Origin: Euryarchaeota archaeon UBA256
GTDB taxonomy: Archaea > Thermoplasmatota > Poseidoniia > Poseidoniales > Poseidoniaceae
Assembly (NCBI GenBank): GCA_002494645.1
Contig: DACE01000010.1
Location: 80,559 to 144,558 of the forward strand
Length of the DNA: 64,000 nt
Direction of reading: 5' to 3'
The position numbers were made by a program, and so were the translations under genes. Under the pieces are notes generated by a model. That model saw nothing but the letters and a program-made list of their open reading frames with translations, did not search any database and was not told the DNA's origin. Below are positions 1 through 9,747 of the stretch, piece after piece. How positions within the stretch are numbered: the stretch's first letter is position 1; every line of letters starts with the position of its first letter.

Positions 1-1131
1 CAACAATCAATTTCCCGATGCTGGGATTTTCTTCAAAATATTCGTTCAACTTCTCATAGACGACGGTTTGAACAATTCCAGTAACCTCGCTGCTCACCAA
101 TTTATCCTTCGTTTGAGATGAAAAGGAGGGATCTGGGTGCTTGACGCTCACGATGGCTGCAAGCCCTTCACGGACGTCATCTCCCGAGAGGTTATCGCCC
201 TTGAGAAGATTCTTTTTCTTTGCATAGCCATTGATGCAGCTGGTCAAGGCCGTCCGAAGCCCAGACATGTGTGTGCCTCCGTCTCTATTCCGGATGATGT
301 TGGTGTAGCACAGGATGTTTTCACTAAAAGCATCGGACCATTGAAGTGCTAATTCAACGGTGACGGGGCCTTTTTCGATCACCTTTTCACCGTGGATAAG
401 TACCGGGTCGGGGTGAAGGACTTCTCGTCGTTCGTTGATTTGACGGACAAATTCAGTAATGCCTCCTTCGTAGTGATGTTCGCTGACATGCTGTTCTTCG
501 GCACGCTCATCGGTGATGACGATTTTCAAGCCAGCATTCAGGAATGATGTTTCTTTGAGGCGTGTATCGATTTGATCAAAATCAAATTCTGTGATGTTGG
601 TAAAGATGGAGGAGTCTGGCTTGAAGGATATCTGCGTACCCGTATCTTCGCAGGTGCCGATGACTTCGAGTTCGGTGACGCGCACACCGGCCTCGAAACG
701 CTGCCGATAGATGGTGCCGTCGCGATGAATCGTGACCTCCATCCACTCGCTCACGGCATTGACTGCCGAAACTCCGACGCCATGAAGGCCGCCACTCACT
801 TTGTATGAACTGTTGTCAAACTTTCCACCTGCATGGAGTTTGGTCATGATGACTTCTGCGGCAGAAATCCCGAACTCTTCGTGTAGGTCAACGGGAATTC
901 CTCGCCCATAGTCGCGAACAGAGAGAGAGTGGTCGGGGAGGAGGGTTACCTCAACGATGTCGTTGAACCCTGCGAGGTGCTCGTCGACGGAATTGTCAAC
1001 GACTTCCCAAATGCAATGGTGCAGGGCTGAACCGTCATGAGGGTCTCCAAGATACATGCCTGGTCGTTTGCGTACAGCCTCAAGGCCTTCGAGAACTTGG
1101 ATACTGCCTGCGTCATATGTGTCGGACATTT
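1..1131 (-). CDS. gyrB: DNA gyrase subunit B, N-terminal portion (3' end runs off the window start)
   Basis: Minus-strand translation from the ATG at 1131 begins MSDTYDAGSIQVLEGLEAVRKRPGMYLGD..., the conserved GyrB N-terminus and GHKL ATPase motifs. It is absent from the ORF table only because it is truncated by the window edge. Confidence 0.85.
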
Positions 1132-1440
1132 AATTCACCATTTTTTGAGAGGATTGTTGGAGTGAATTGGTCGCTGGAGCCGTGAGGAACTGAGCAAAAA
1201 ATTCACATCATCCTCCTATAAAATCTACTCACCGTGAAGGGGTATAAACCTAACTGCTTTTCAACATTAAAAACGAGGTATTGAGAGCAAATTTTGTGCT
1301 CCGAATCCGTATTGAAAACGCGCATTGACGGCGAAGGGAAACAGAAGAGAAAGAATCCTGTTTTAAACGTCAAGAATGCCCCAAGAATTGGCTACCACTT
1401 GAGACGAGAGCGTTAAGAAGAGGACACGGGTGGGCAAGGC

Positions 1441-2238
1441 ATGGCTGACCCTCAAATTTGTGCATCGCTTGAAGGCACCACGGTCAAAGAGATGGCTGAC
1501 GAAGCGGCGCGTGCAAACATTGCAGGTGCAGATTTGGTCGAAGTCCGTTTTGATCGACTCTACCTCAAGAAACCCGAACCCAACAAGGTCGAAGATGAAA
1601 ACGGGGAAATTCGCCACGTCATGCCTCCAGAAGATGAATGGCATGTCCGTGACATGAATGACGTAGAAGTAAGCGCTGCACTTTCATCACTCAAAGAAAG
1701 CATCCCTCTTCCTGTGATTTTCACAGTCCGCCCTCGTGACGAAGGCGGTTTCTTCCCAGGAACTGATGAAGAGCGGATCGAGATTCTCCGACAAGGCATC
1801 ACCTCCACGGTGAAATCTGTCGACCTTGAATTATCAATCCCCGACGCAATTCGTACCGAATTGCTTGAACTTGCAGCATCAAATAATGTGCAAGTGATTT
1901 CATCCATTCACGACACCAGTACGACACCGAGTGCTGATGAATTAACCGCCATGGTTGCTGAACATGCCAAGGAAGGCGAGATGTTCAAATTCTGCGGCAC
2001 AGTCAACGATCACCAAGATGCCCTTCAAATCGTCGAGGCGTGCCATGAATTGAAGGATTCAGCACATTCCTTCTCACTCATGGCATTGGGCAACGGAGGC
2101 GACTGGGCACGACTCCATGCACCAGTATTGGGTCAAAGCATGGTTTATGCGACCCTTCGGTCTGAATTCAAGCTCTCCAACAAAGGTCTCGTGAACATCC
2201 GCGATTTGAAGAATGCTTGGACGCTGATGGAATACTGA
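1441..2238 (+). CDS. aroD: 3-dehydroquinate dehydratase, type I
   Basis: Motifs line up with E. coli AroD: ICASL / DLVEVRFDRL / PVIFTVRPRDEGG / SVDLEL / SSIHD...TP, plus a lysine in FKFCG where the AroD catalytic lysine sits. Confidence 0.65.
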   Translation: MADPQICASLEGTTVKEMADEAARANIAGADLVEVRFDRLYLKKPEPNKVEDENGEIRHVMPPEDEWHVRDMNDVEVSAALSSLKESIPLPVIFTVRPRDEGGFFPGTDEERIEILRQGITSTVKSVDLELSIPDAIRTELLELAASNNVQVISSIHDTSTTPSADELTAMVAEHAKEGEMFKFCGTVNDHQDALQIVEACHELKDSAHSFSLMALGNGGDWARLHAPVLGQSMVYATLRSEFKLSNKGLVNIRDLKNAWTLMEY

Positions 2239-2246
2239 ATTCCGCC

Positions 2247-3290
2247 CTACTCTTCTTCTGTTGTGGAAGTCATTGCTCGCTGTTCCAGCAGGGGCACTGC
2301 TCCATCGACTTCGCTGTCTGACCCATCAAGACCTGCATTCAGATATCTGCTGTTCAGGATGAAAGGTGTAGCTACCAGAGCGAGAATTGCGCCGAAGAAC
2401 ACCAATGGAACAGTCCATGGTGGCAAAATGAGTGAACGTTCCGTCGGCATGACCGTTACATCGGCGACCAGATTCGTTGTTGGCGCCAAAGCGTCACCGT
2501 CATGGGTATTGTCCCATGCATCCACCACCAGATAGAAATCCTGCCATTCAGAGCCTCCAAAGAGGGACGAGTAAAGTTCTGGCCCGTCCATTGAGACAGA
2601 GAAGGTGACATCCGAAGTCATTTCATATTGATGGACATCACGGTAGGTTTGCCATCCTGCGGGGCTAAAACTTCTCCACTCAGGCGGGATATCACTCAAC
2701 GCATCCAAGGCTTCGTCGTCAAAGCCATCCCAGAAACTCCATGAGCCATGCGAGATATCGTAAATCTCTTCATACAACTGATATTGAGATGTCGTCAACA
2801 GGTATACGTCACCTTCAACAGGCGTACTCAAGCCGTCCTCAATGGTCTGCAAGGTCACGCAGAAGGTCGTCCTATACTCACTTGAAAGATTGAAACGCAA
2901 AGCTCCTACGCTATCATTGCCAATTTCCATGCTCGTGTAATGGCCAGCAGTGAGTGGTTCAAGAACAGGAAGAGGCCAACTTTTAGTATACATCCAAGGT
3001 TCTTCAGGACGTGTTTGTGAAGCGTCTTCTGAGGTGTCTGACTGGCCTTGACTGTCCTCTTTTGGCTGTTCGCCCCCTCCACCTTCTCGCTCATCTGCAG
3101 TCAGCATGAATTCGCCTCCATACCAGGGTCCGTCGGGAATCAAAGCATGACGGTGAACTGTTTCATTCCAACGAACGGGTTCGACCTCTCCACTACACCC
3201 AGATGCTGCCTGGACCTCAGTGCTCCATTGGCCAGCCATCATTAGCGGCATAAGTAGCACGGCAGTGATGAACAAAGAGACCTTTCGCAC
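2247..3290 (-). CDS. secreted/cell-surface hypothetical protein (signal peptide, acidic, C-terminal TM anchor)
   Basis: N-terminal signal-like segment MRKVSLFITAVLLMPLMMAGQ. A C-terminal hydrophobic anchor (PLVFFGAILALVATPFIL) is followed by an acidic tail. No catalytic motif recognised. Confidence 0.5.
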   Translation of the reverse strand: MRKVSLFITAVLLMPLMMAGQWSTEVQAASGCSGEVEPVRWNETVHRHALIPDGPWYGGEFMLTADEREGGGGEQPKEDSQGQSDTSEDASQTRPEEPWMYTKSWPLPVLEPLTAGHYTSMEIGNDSVGALRFNLSSEYRTTFCVTLQTIEDGLSTPVEGDVYLLTTSQYQLYEEIYDISHGSWSFWDGFDDEALDALSDIPPEWRSFSPAGWQTYRDVHQYEMTSDVTFSVSMDGPELYSSLFGGSEWQDFYLVVDAWDNTHDGDALAPTTNLVADVTVMPTERSLILPPWTVPLVFFGAILALVATPFILNSRYLNAGLDGSDSEVDGAVPLLEQRAMTSTTEEE

Positions 3291-3338
3291 TAGCTCACCA
3301 ATATGTTACCACCGAAGACGGCTTTAGGACATGTCGCT

Positions 3339-6300
3339 TCATCGGCGTCGTAGCGGTCGGACATAGCCACTCTCATCGCTTCGGCGCTCATCTTTTGACA
3401 GTATTTTCGGAGCCGGTGGAGGCATGTGATGATCCATACCAAGTAGGCCGCCTTGTGACTCAACGTGTTCGATGTCGGTGTAGGTTTCTGCGGCTTCTTT
3501 GGCTTCCTCTTCAAGAACGCTTGGTTCTCGCATGACCAGCCATCCGAGCACCAAAGCGACAACGATCAATCCGATGAATGTAGCAAGTTCGGAACCGGCA
3601 TCAGCAAGCCATGACTTCCATTCATCTGCGCTGAAGTCGGACAATGACGGAGGCCCTTCTGGTTCGGGAACAACTTCAATGTCTTCGGCCAGTGTAGCAC
3701 ATTGGCCCAATCCATCACATACCTCGACCAAGAGCGTGTAGTAACCGGCCTCCTCGTAGGTGTGGATAGCCCGCACCAGCGAGCCTGCGATGGGTTGTGT
3801 CCAATCATCTTGAGAGTTGCCGTTTTCGTCTGCATCAACCTCGATGTCAAAATCCCAGCGTACGGTGTATTCTGTGAGGATTCGTTCATCCCGCTCCATG
3901 ATAGAGCCATCATTGACATCCAAGTCTCTATAGATTTCCATGTCCGACCCCGACTCGTAATCTGACACATTAGCAGAGAAGGAGTTTGACGACCCGACAA
4001 AGATATCCTCGGGCAGGTATGTTTCAGTGACCTCAGGCGGGTGGTCAACAACAACTGTGAAAGATTCACGCATGACGTCCCCCGTTCCGAAGGCATCTCG
4101 AACGGTGAGCGTCACGGTATACGTCCCTGGTAGTGCATATCCATGCCAAGGAGTTGCACCGTGCTCAAGAGGCGTTGCATCACCGAAATCCCAGGTATAT
4201 TCGACCAAACCATTCCATTCGGGAGAGGCTTGTTCAAAGGGCACATACTTTCCTTCGAACTGACGGTCACCGTCCCTGGTACCGGACGAGTCAAAGTACA
4301 GAAGGTGGCCCGGCGCGGTTACTACTGCACCGTTTTCATCAAAGGTATGAGACCATGAATCAACCACAGTCCCCTCAGGGAAAGCAGTGGACGTCGTGAT
4401 GATGGATCCGTTGATCCAGCCGTCAAGAATCCTTAATTGGATGACTGGCAAAGGATTGGAAATACGAACGGTCATGGTTCTTGGGAAACTTTCCACGCCT
4501 TCTTTGTCGGTGACGATGAGAACAACCGTATGTTCTCCGGGAGTGGTGAACGTATGCGTAACTTGAGGGCGGTCTCCAAAGGTTCCGTCTGAGAAGCTCC
4601 AGTTCCAAACTTCAATGTCGGTATGGTCGCCAACCAAGCCGTCCGGGTCTCTGCTATCCAATCCGTCGAAAATGTAGGGTGAGTCAACTTCGCCGTCTTC
4701 CTCTCTGAAGTCGATGGCTTCAGATTGCGTCCGTACGTCAAAGTGCGCAAATGGCATTTGATTGAGAACAGTAACGGTGAGAACAGCAGTCACCTGGCTT
4801 CCGTCATCATCTGTCACCGTCAGCGTAACGGTCTTGTTACCGGGCGTATCCCAAGCAACGACTGGGTTGGCGTCATTACTGACGACATCGCTGTAATCGT
4901 CTGTGCGCAATGGTGTACCGAGTCCCAAACGCACGCCACCATCAAAGGTCCAAGCATGGTTGACAATTTCTCCATCATCGTCTTCGAAGACATCAGGCAT
5001 CACCAGCGAAGTATAGGTCATGGTCGTCATCATTTCAGAGTAGATTTGAACTGGTAGGCGATTGTTGACGTGAACAAGAATGGTCTTTTGGCCGGCATTA
5101 TAGCCATCAGAAACCGTAATTGTGAGATTGTAGGTCGTGTTTTCACCGTCAATTTCACCCCACTCATGTTGCTGAGAATAAGCACCGATACCACTGTCCA
5201 TGGTTCCATCTCCCCAATCCCAACTGAAGTCAAGGAATTCTGTAGGGACGTTATCTATGGTTCGACCCGCAGAGAAAAGAATTCTCTGGTTGGTCAGTAA
5301 GGTAATCTCTTGGTCGATCACAACGTTGTTCACTGTGATAATGGGAATAGGGTCAGTTTGGTCCGTGACGTTGATGGCGTGAACTTGAGTTTCAGACCAC
5401 GAACCACCCTGATCCATCACGCGCAGAGTTGCATTGAAGACACCAACGTCGCTGTAGGAACGAAGTGGGGACTTCAAATTGGAGGAACCGTTGTCGCCAA
5501 ATGTCCATGCATAAGCGGTGGGGGCGTCCATGTAGGGCAGACTGTTGTTGTCGAGAGAAAGGCCCCATGCATCAAATCCATTTCCAAGGAATTGGATGTT
5601 TTCCCACGTCTGTGATTCGTTGAGAGAGACCGTGCCGTTAGCAACAGGCTTCATGTTGTTCAAACTTTGAGGGGAAGTTTGTATCGAATCAACGGGATCA
5701 CCCAGCATGTCATTCATGACCATGGCGAAGGAATACTGGTCCGTTTTATGAGCGGTGAAGTACACTTGCCCCGGGACGTCAACACCGCCTCCTGCTGAAA
5801 TACGATCGGTGATAGTATCAACAACATTCCCCGTGCTGTCACGAACTGAAATCTCAACGTCAAGATCCTCAAAGAAGGCATTTGAAAGGACGTTATAGTT
5901 GATTTCAATGGTATCGTCAAGGCCATCGCCGTCTCGGTCGCCAAGAACCGTATTGTTCAGAGAAAGGGTCGCTGGCGAGGTAATTCGGGCGGCTTCAATA
6001 TCCACCGTCCCTGTGGGATACGATGGACCGCATGATGTGTAATCACAGTCTGCTATCGTGCTTGCGTACCACGTGATGACCCATACCTCGTCGGTTAGGT
6101 TGCCAAAGCCAGGGACAAGACCTGTGGCAACATTGTTGACGAAGTTGAGGTCTGTGACACTCCACAAGCCGTCCGAAGTGGCCTTGGTTACGATCACTCC
6201 GTCAAATTGGCTCACATCTGCCGTGAGTCTGAGGGTAAGCGGAGCAGGTGATGCTGACCCTGGAGTGAATTTGAAGGAACGAATTCCCCAACCTTCAACA

Positions 6301-7541
6301 CTGTTTCCAGTCGAGGACCAGGGGGCCGCCCAATCACTGTTGATTTCCGTTGGCTGAGCTCGGCAAAAAGCACCTGATGTGCAAATTGCGTTGAGATCCA
6401 AATTGGGATAACCGTAGATACCTTGATCGGAATCCAAGGTTGCTGCGATACTAAAGTTGGCAAAGATTTCGCCCATGGTTCGCCCCAACAAGCCTACTTG
6501 ACCTGCTTGTGGCGAAAGTGCGAGATTCTCGACACCCTTCCCTCCAGTTGCTGAATCTTGAACCAGTTGGCGAACTGCAGGTCCGCCGCCCAAGTGTTCT
6601 GCGAGGTACATTGTGAACATGTAACCCGCACCATAGTCGGCGATGCGTTGGTTCCACCAACGGACGGATTGTTCAGGAGCAGCAGTCCACGCATTGACGT
6701 GCCCTGTGAGAGTTGAGTCTGCCCCGAAGCAGAGGTAAATTGCTACATCTGCGTTGCCTTCATCGATCCACAAATTTTCGTAAGGGTCAAGAGCATTGTG
6801 AAGCAGATGTTCAAGTTCGTGAGCGAGGATAGATTTTCCCCATGAAAGAGTAATGTCTGCAAAGTCAACGAAAACGGATTCGCGAGAACTCGCATAGGAA
6901 GGTGCGAAGTAACCACCCGTGTTGTAGGCGCCATCGATATCGTAGACGATAATTTGAACTTGGCAGTTGTTGTCAACGTCGGGGGGCGCAAGACCTCTTC
7001 CGTCTTGGTAGTCCTTCCCGTAATAGGTCGTCATGGTTGGATAGATGGTTGAATCCCAAGTGCTAGCAAGATTGTTGAGCACTGTCGAAGAGAGGGTACG
7101 TCCGCTTTGAACGATGAAGGCAACGCTATTGGTGGTTTTAGCCACATAGGCAGAAATCTGGCCACCAGCAGTTCCGACAGTGAGTGTGTCACCAACAACG
7201 TGGGGCGTACATGCACGCCCACTTGCTCGCCCTGAAGTGGAGTCGATCACCATGTCATCGACCCCTGGCCTGCCCGCATCAATCCAAGCCTGACGCATGA
7301 ATTGGGTAGCCGAAACTACCGGGTATTCTTCATGAATAAACAAGTACTCACTTCCATCACTGGGGTTGAATTCATCGAGGTCGCCGATGGATTCACCACC
7401 GGCAACATAAGACGAACTTTGCTCTGAATCATCACCGGTTGAATCGGCCTGAGCCATGGCAACAGGGCCGAGACTCGCAAAGAGCAATATCGAGATGAAG
7501 AGAAAGGCTGGACTGGTGCGTAGTTCCGACATATATTTCAC
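3339..7541 (-). CDS. giant secreted HExxH zinc metalloprotease with multiple PKD-like repeats and a C-terminal TM anchor (M6/InhA-like architecture; family uncertain)
   Basis: Signal peptide MKYMSELRTSPAFLFISILLFASLGPVAMA. Zinc motif AHELEHLLH...WIDEGNAD. Repeated PKD-type W-x-F/W-G-D-G motifs (TWDFGDATP, WNWSFSDGTFGD, WTFGDNGSS, SWDWGDGT). C-terminal hydrophobic segment LATFIGLIVVALVLGWLV. Confidence 0.7.
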   Translation of the reverse strand: MKYMSELRTSPAFLFISILLFASLGPVAMAQADSTGDDSEQSSSYVAGGESIGDLDEFNPSDGSEYLFIHEEYPVVSATQFMRQAWIDAGRPGVDDMVIDSTSGRASGRACTPHVVGDTLTVGTAGGQISAYVAKTTNSVAFIVQSGRTLSSTVLNNLASTWDSTIYPTMTTYYGKDYQDGRGLAPPDVDNNCQVQIIVYDIDGAYNTGGYFAPSYASSRESVFVDFADITLSWGKSILAHELEHLLHNALDPYENLWIDEGNADVAIYLCFGADSTLTGHVNAWTAAPEQSVRWWNQRIADYGAGYMFTMYLAEHLGGGPAVRQLVQDSATGGKGVENLALSPQAGQVGLLGRTMGEIFANFSIAATLDSDQGIYGYPNLDLNAICTSGAFCRAQPTEINSDWAAPWSSTGNSVEGWGIRSFKFTPGSASPAPLTLRLTADVSQFDGVIVTKATSDGLWSVTDLNFVNNVATGLVPGFGNLTDEVWVITWYASTIADCDYTSCGPSYPTGTVDIEAARITSPATLSLNNTVLGDRDGDGLDDTIEINYNVLSNAFFEDLDVEISVRDSTGNVVDTITDRISAGGGVDVPGQVYFTAHKTDQYSFAMVMNDMLGDPVDSIQTSPQSLNNMKPVANGTVSLNESQTWENIQFLGNGFDAWGLSLDNNSLPYMDAPTAYAWTFGDNGSSNLKSPLRSYSDVGVFNATLRVMDQGGSWSETQVHAINVTDQTDPIPIITVNNVVIDQEITLLTNQRILFSAGRTIDNVPTEFLDFSWDWGDGTMDSGIGAYSQQHEWGEIDGENTTYNLTITVSDGYNAGQKTILVHVNNRLPVQIYSEMMTTMTYTSLVMPDVFEDDDGEIVNHAWTFDGGVRLGLGTPLRTDDYSDVVSNDANPVVAWDTPGNKTVTLTVTDDDGSQVTAVLTVTVLNQMPFAHFDVRTQSEAIDFREEDGEVDSPYIFDGLDSRDPDGLVGDHTDIEVWNWSFSDGTFGDRPQVTHTFTTPGEHTVVLIVTDKEGVESFPRTMTVRISNPLPVIQLRILDGWINGSIITTSTAFPEGTVVDSWSHTFDENGAVVTAPGHLLYFDSSGTRDGDRQFEGKYVPFEQASPEWNGLVEYTWDFGDATPLEHGATPWHGYALPGTYTVTLTVRDAFGTGDVMRESFTVVVDHPPEVTETYLPEDIFVGSSNSFSANVSDYESGSDMEIYRDLDVNDGSIMERDERILTEYTVRWDFDIEVDADENGNSQDDWTQPIAGSLVRAIHTYEEAGYYTLLVEVCDGLGQCATLAEDIEVVPEPEGPPSLSDFSADEWKSWLADAGSELATFIGLIVVALVLGWLVMREPSVLEEEAKEAAETYTDIEHVESQGGLLGMDHHMPPPAPKILSKDERRSDESGYVRPLRRR

Positions 7542-7619
7542 CGAGTTGAATCGCTTTACGGATTCCCAATTTAGCGAAACGAAAGGAGGTATTTAAGAGT
7601 CCGTGGTGGAGGCGTCATC

Positions 7620-8822
7620 ATGGCTCCTTCTGTGCCACCAAGATGTTGGGGTATGACAGAAGGGTTTACGCTTGCATTTATCCTCATTTTAGCGGCAACA
7701 ATCGGACCGGTACACGCTGAAAACTCCTTCGATGAACATCAAAACGAGTTATGCAACATTGTCGATGAGTTGCAATTTAGCGGAACAAAGGCCAATCAAA
7801 CCGTGCAATGGCAGGTCGACATCGGCCCTCGCACGCCAGGTTCTCAGGCATCAGCACTCTTGCGTGCTAACTTTACAGCCGAAGCAGAACGACTCGGCTA
7901 CATTGTTTCTGAATCCAACCATACGAGCCATGGTATTGAATTCACGAATCTTTTTGCTCGCTGGGTTTCATCGTCTGAAGATGCCGACCAATTGGTCCTA
8001 TCTGCCCATTATGACTCGCGTAATATCGCAGACCAAGATCGCAATGAAACGAATCGCAGCATGCCTGTACCCGGGGCAAATGATGCGGCCAGCGGAGCTG
8101 CTGTCCTCCTCGAATTAGCACGCTTGATTCCATCGATGAACCTCAGCTATGATGTTGTCATTTTCTGGAACGATGCTGAAGATCAAAATAACAACTACAC
8201 CGAAGGCGCCAAAGCATGGGCTGACAACCTCACACTCGAAGAACAGGAACGAACCAAGGCATTTGTTCTGCTTGACATGGTTGGTGATGCAGACCTACAA
8301 CTGCACAACATACAACCTGGAAATGACACCCTAAAAGAACGCATTGTAATCATGGGGAGAGACCTCGGAATGGTGGACGGAGTCGAGGATTGCACCGGTC
8401 TACCCGGCCAAGATATCTTGCAGTATTCTACAACAGTTGGCGTTCTCGACGACCACGTGCATGCTCATGCGCTCAACATTCCAAGCATTGACCTCATGGA
8501 TACTGTCTACGGGGAGCCGAAGTTTGGAACCTTCGGATCCTATTGGCACACAATGGAAGACACACCTGACAAAGTAAGCGCTGAATCACTTGCTTATGTG
8601 GGGCGTTTGGTTGAACTTGGATTGAGGACAAATGCATTCATCATAGAGGAACCTTCTATTATTTTCGATGAAAATCCAGTGAATGAAAATCAAAACCAAT
8701 CTTCCCAATCCCAGGCCGATAGCAAGTCAGGTAGCAAGACCCTTGCATACATCGCTATGTTCGCATTCTTATCGGTCATGGCGCTCCTCGTAAATTTTGA
8801 ACGACCCAGAAAACCTAGGTAA
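7620..8822 (+). CDS. M28-family zinc peptidase / aminopeptidase, membrane anchored
   Basis: N-terminal signal/TM segment. M28 metal-ligand pattern: SAHYDS ... PGANDAASGAAVLLELARL ... NDAEDQ ... LLDMVGD ... WHTMED. C-terminal hydrophobic anchor. Confidence 0.6.
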   Translation: MAPSVPPRCWGMTEGFTLAFILILAATIGPVHAENSFDEHQNELCNIVDELQFSGTKANQTVQWQVDIGPRTPGSQASALLRANFTAEAERLGYIVSESNHTSHGIEFTNLFARWVSSSEDADQLVLSAHYDSRNIADQDRNETNRSMPVPGANDAASGAAVLLELARLIPSMNLSYDVVIFWNDAEDQNNNYTEGAKAWADNLTLEEQERTKAFVLLDMVGDADLQLHNIQPGNDTLKERIVIMGRDLGMVDGVEDCTGLPGQDILQYSTTVGVLDDHVHAHALNIPSIDLMDTVYGEPKFGTFGSYWHTMEDTPDKVSAESLAYVGRLVELGLRTNAFIIEEPSIIFDENPVNENQNQSSQSQADSKSGSKTLAYIAMFAFLSVMALLVNFERPRKPR

Positions 8823-8889
8823 AAAGGCGCGGTTTTTGAGGGAAGGGGTATTATCCGCGCATAGCATCGGAGAACACGGAGGGCAGCCT

Positions 8890-9747
8890 ATGGAAGACGA
8901 CCGCGAGCGGCGAATGAAAGCCCTGCGTGAGCGCGTCAAAGCGAAAAAAGCAGAGGGCGCTCTCATCAAGCAAGATGAAGAACTGGTTGTTGACCAAGCC
9001 GTTTACGAAGAAACCGTCGTTGTTACGGAGCAAGAACCGGAGCAAGATTGGTTCGCTATGGCCGACAGAGACGCGGATCGTTGGCGAAACCTCGCTGCAT
9101 CGCTCATCATGATTGGGAGTATTTTGGGAATGCTGAGTGGAGCCTTAATTCTCCAAGGTAATCCGACAGAGCTGCTCAACACATCCTTATTTGCGGAACG
9201 GTCAGCCGTCGACATTTCAGGCTCTGCGCTTGAAGATGTTGAGGGATACGGCGTTGAAAATGTCACCGTTGAACTCTTGGAAGCATCAAATCGGGCACTT
9301 CTTCAGACGACACTGACCGATCAGTATGGATACTTCACAATGAATAATGTCACACAAGAGGTCCATATTATCGTCTTCTCAAAAGAAGGCTATACCACCG
9401 TTGAACGGACCTTCACGCCAGATAATGCTGGCCTCGACCCCGTGACGATGAAATCCGGAAACGGCACACGTGAAGAAAATGACAATCAAGCCACATCTGG
9501 ATTCACCCTTGAAAACGCCGTCGCACTTTCAAGCGCCATCGGATTACTCACCATCATCACTGCCTTTTTTGGGGTTCAATCAGCGGTTGAAATTCGCCGA
9601 GGCAAGCGATACCGACGAAGCCAATATTTTGCTGGTATCGCCCTCTTCAGCCGTGGATTAATCCTTATAGGGCCTGCTTTGATCTTGTTCGGTATGGTCG
9701 TCAATGTCTTTGCTCGAGACGATTTTGAAGACCGACGAGAGGATTGA
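8890..9747 (+). CDS. membrane protein with a carboxypeptidase-regulatory-like (CarbopepD_reg) beta-sandwich domain
   Basis: Start moved to the internal ATG at 8890, because the table ORF start at 8797 overlaps the upstream gene. TM segments flank a GYGVENVTVELL...QYGYFTMNNV motif typical of CarbopepD_reg domains. Confidence 0.45.
   Translation: MEDDRERRMKALRERVKAKKAEGALIKQDEELVVDQAVYEETVVVTEQEPEQDWFAMADRDADRWRNLAASLIMIGSILGMLSGALILQGNPTELLNTSLFAERSAVDISGSALEDVEGYGVENVTVELLEASNRALLQTTLTDQYGYFTMNNVTQEVHIIVFSKEGYTTVERTFTPDNAGLDPVTMKSGNGTREENDNQATSGFTLENAVALSSAIGLLTIITAFFGVQSAVEIRRGKRYRRSQYFAGIALFSRGLILIGPALILFGMVVNVFARDDFEDRRED

Noticed and set aside
3290-3562. 90 aa minus ORF
   Set aside because: Alternate frame overlapping the 3' end of the giant protease gene.
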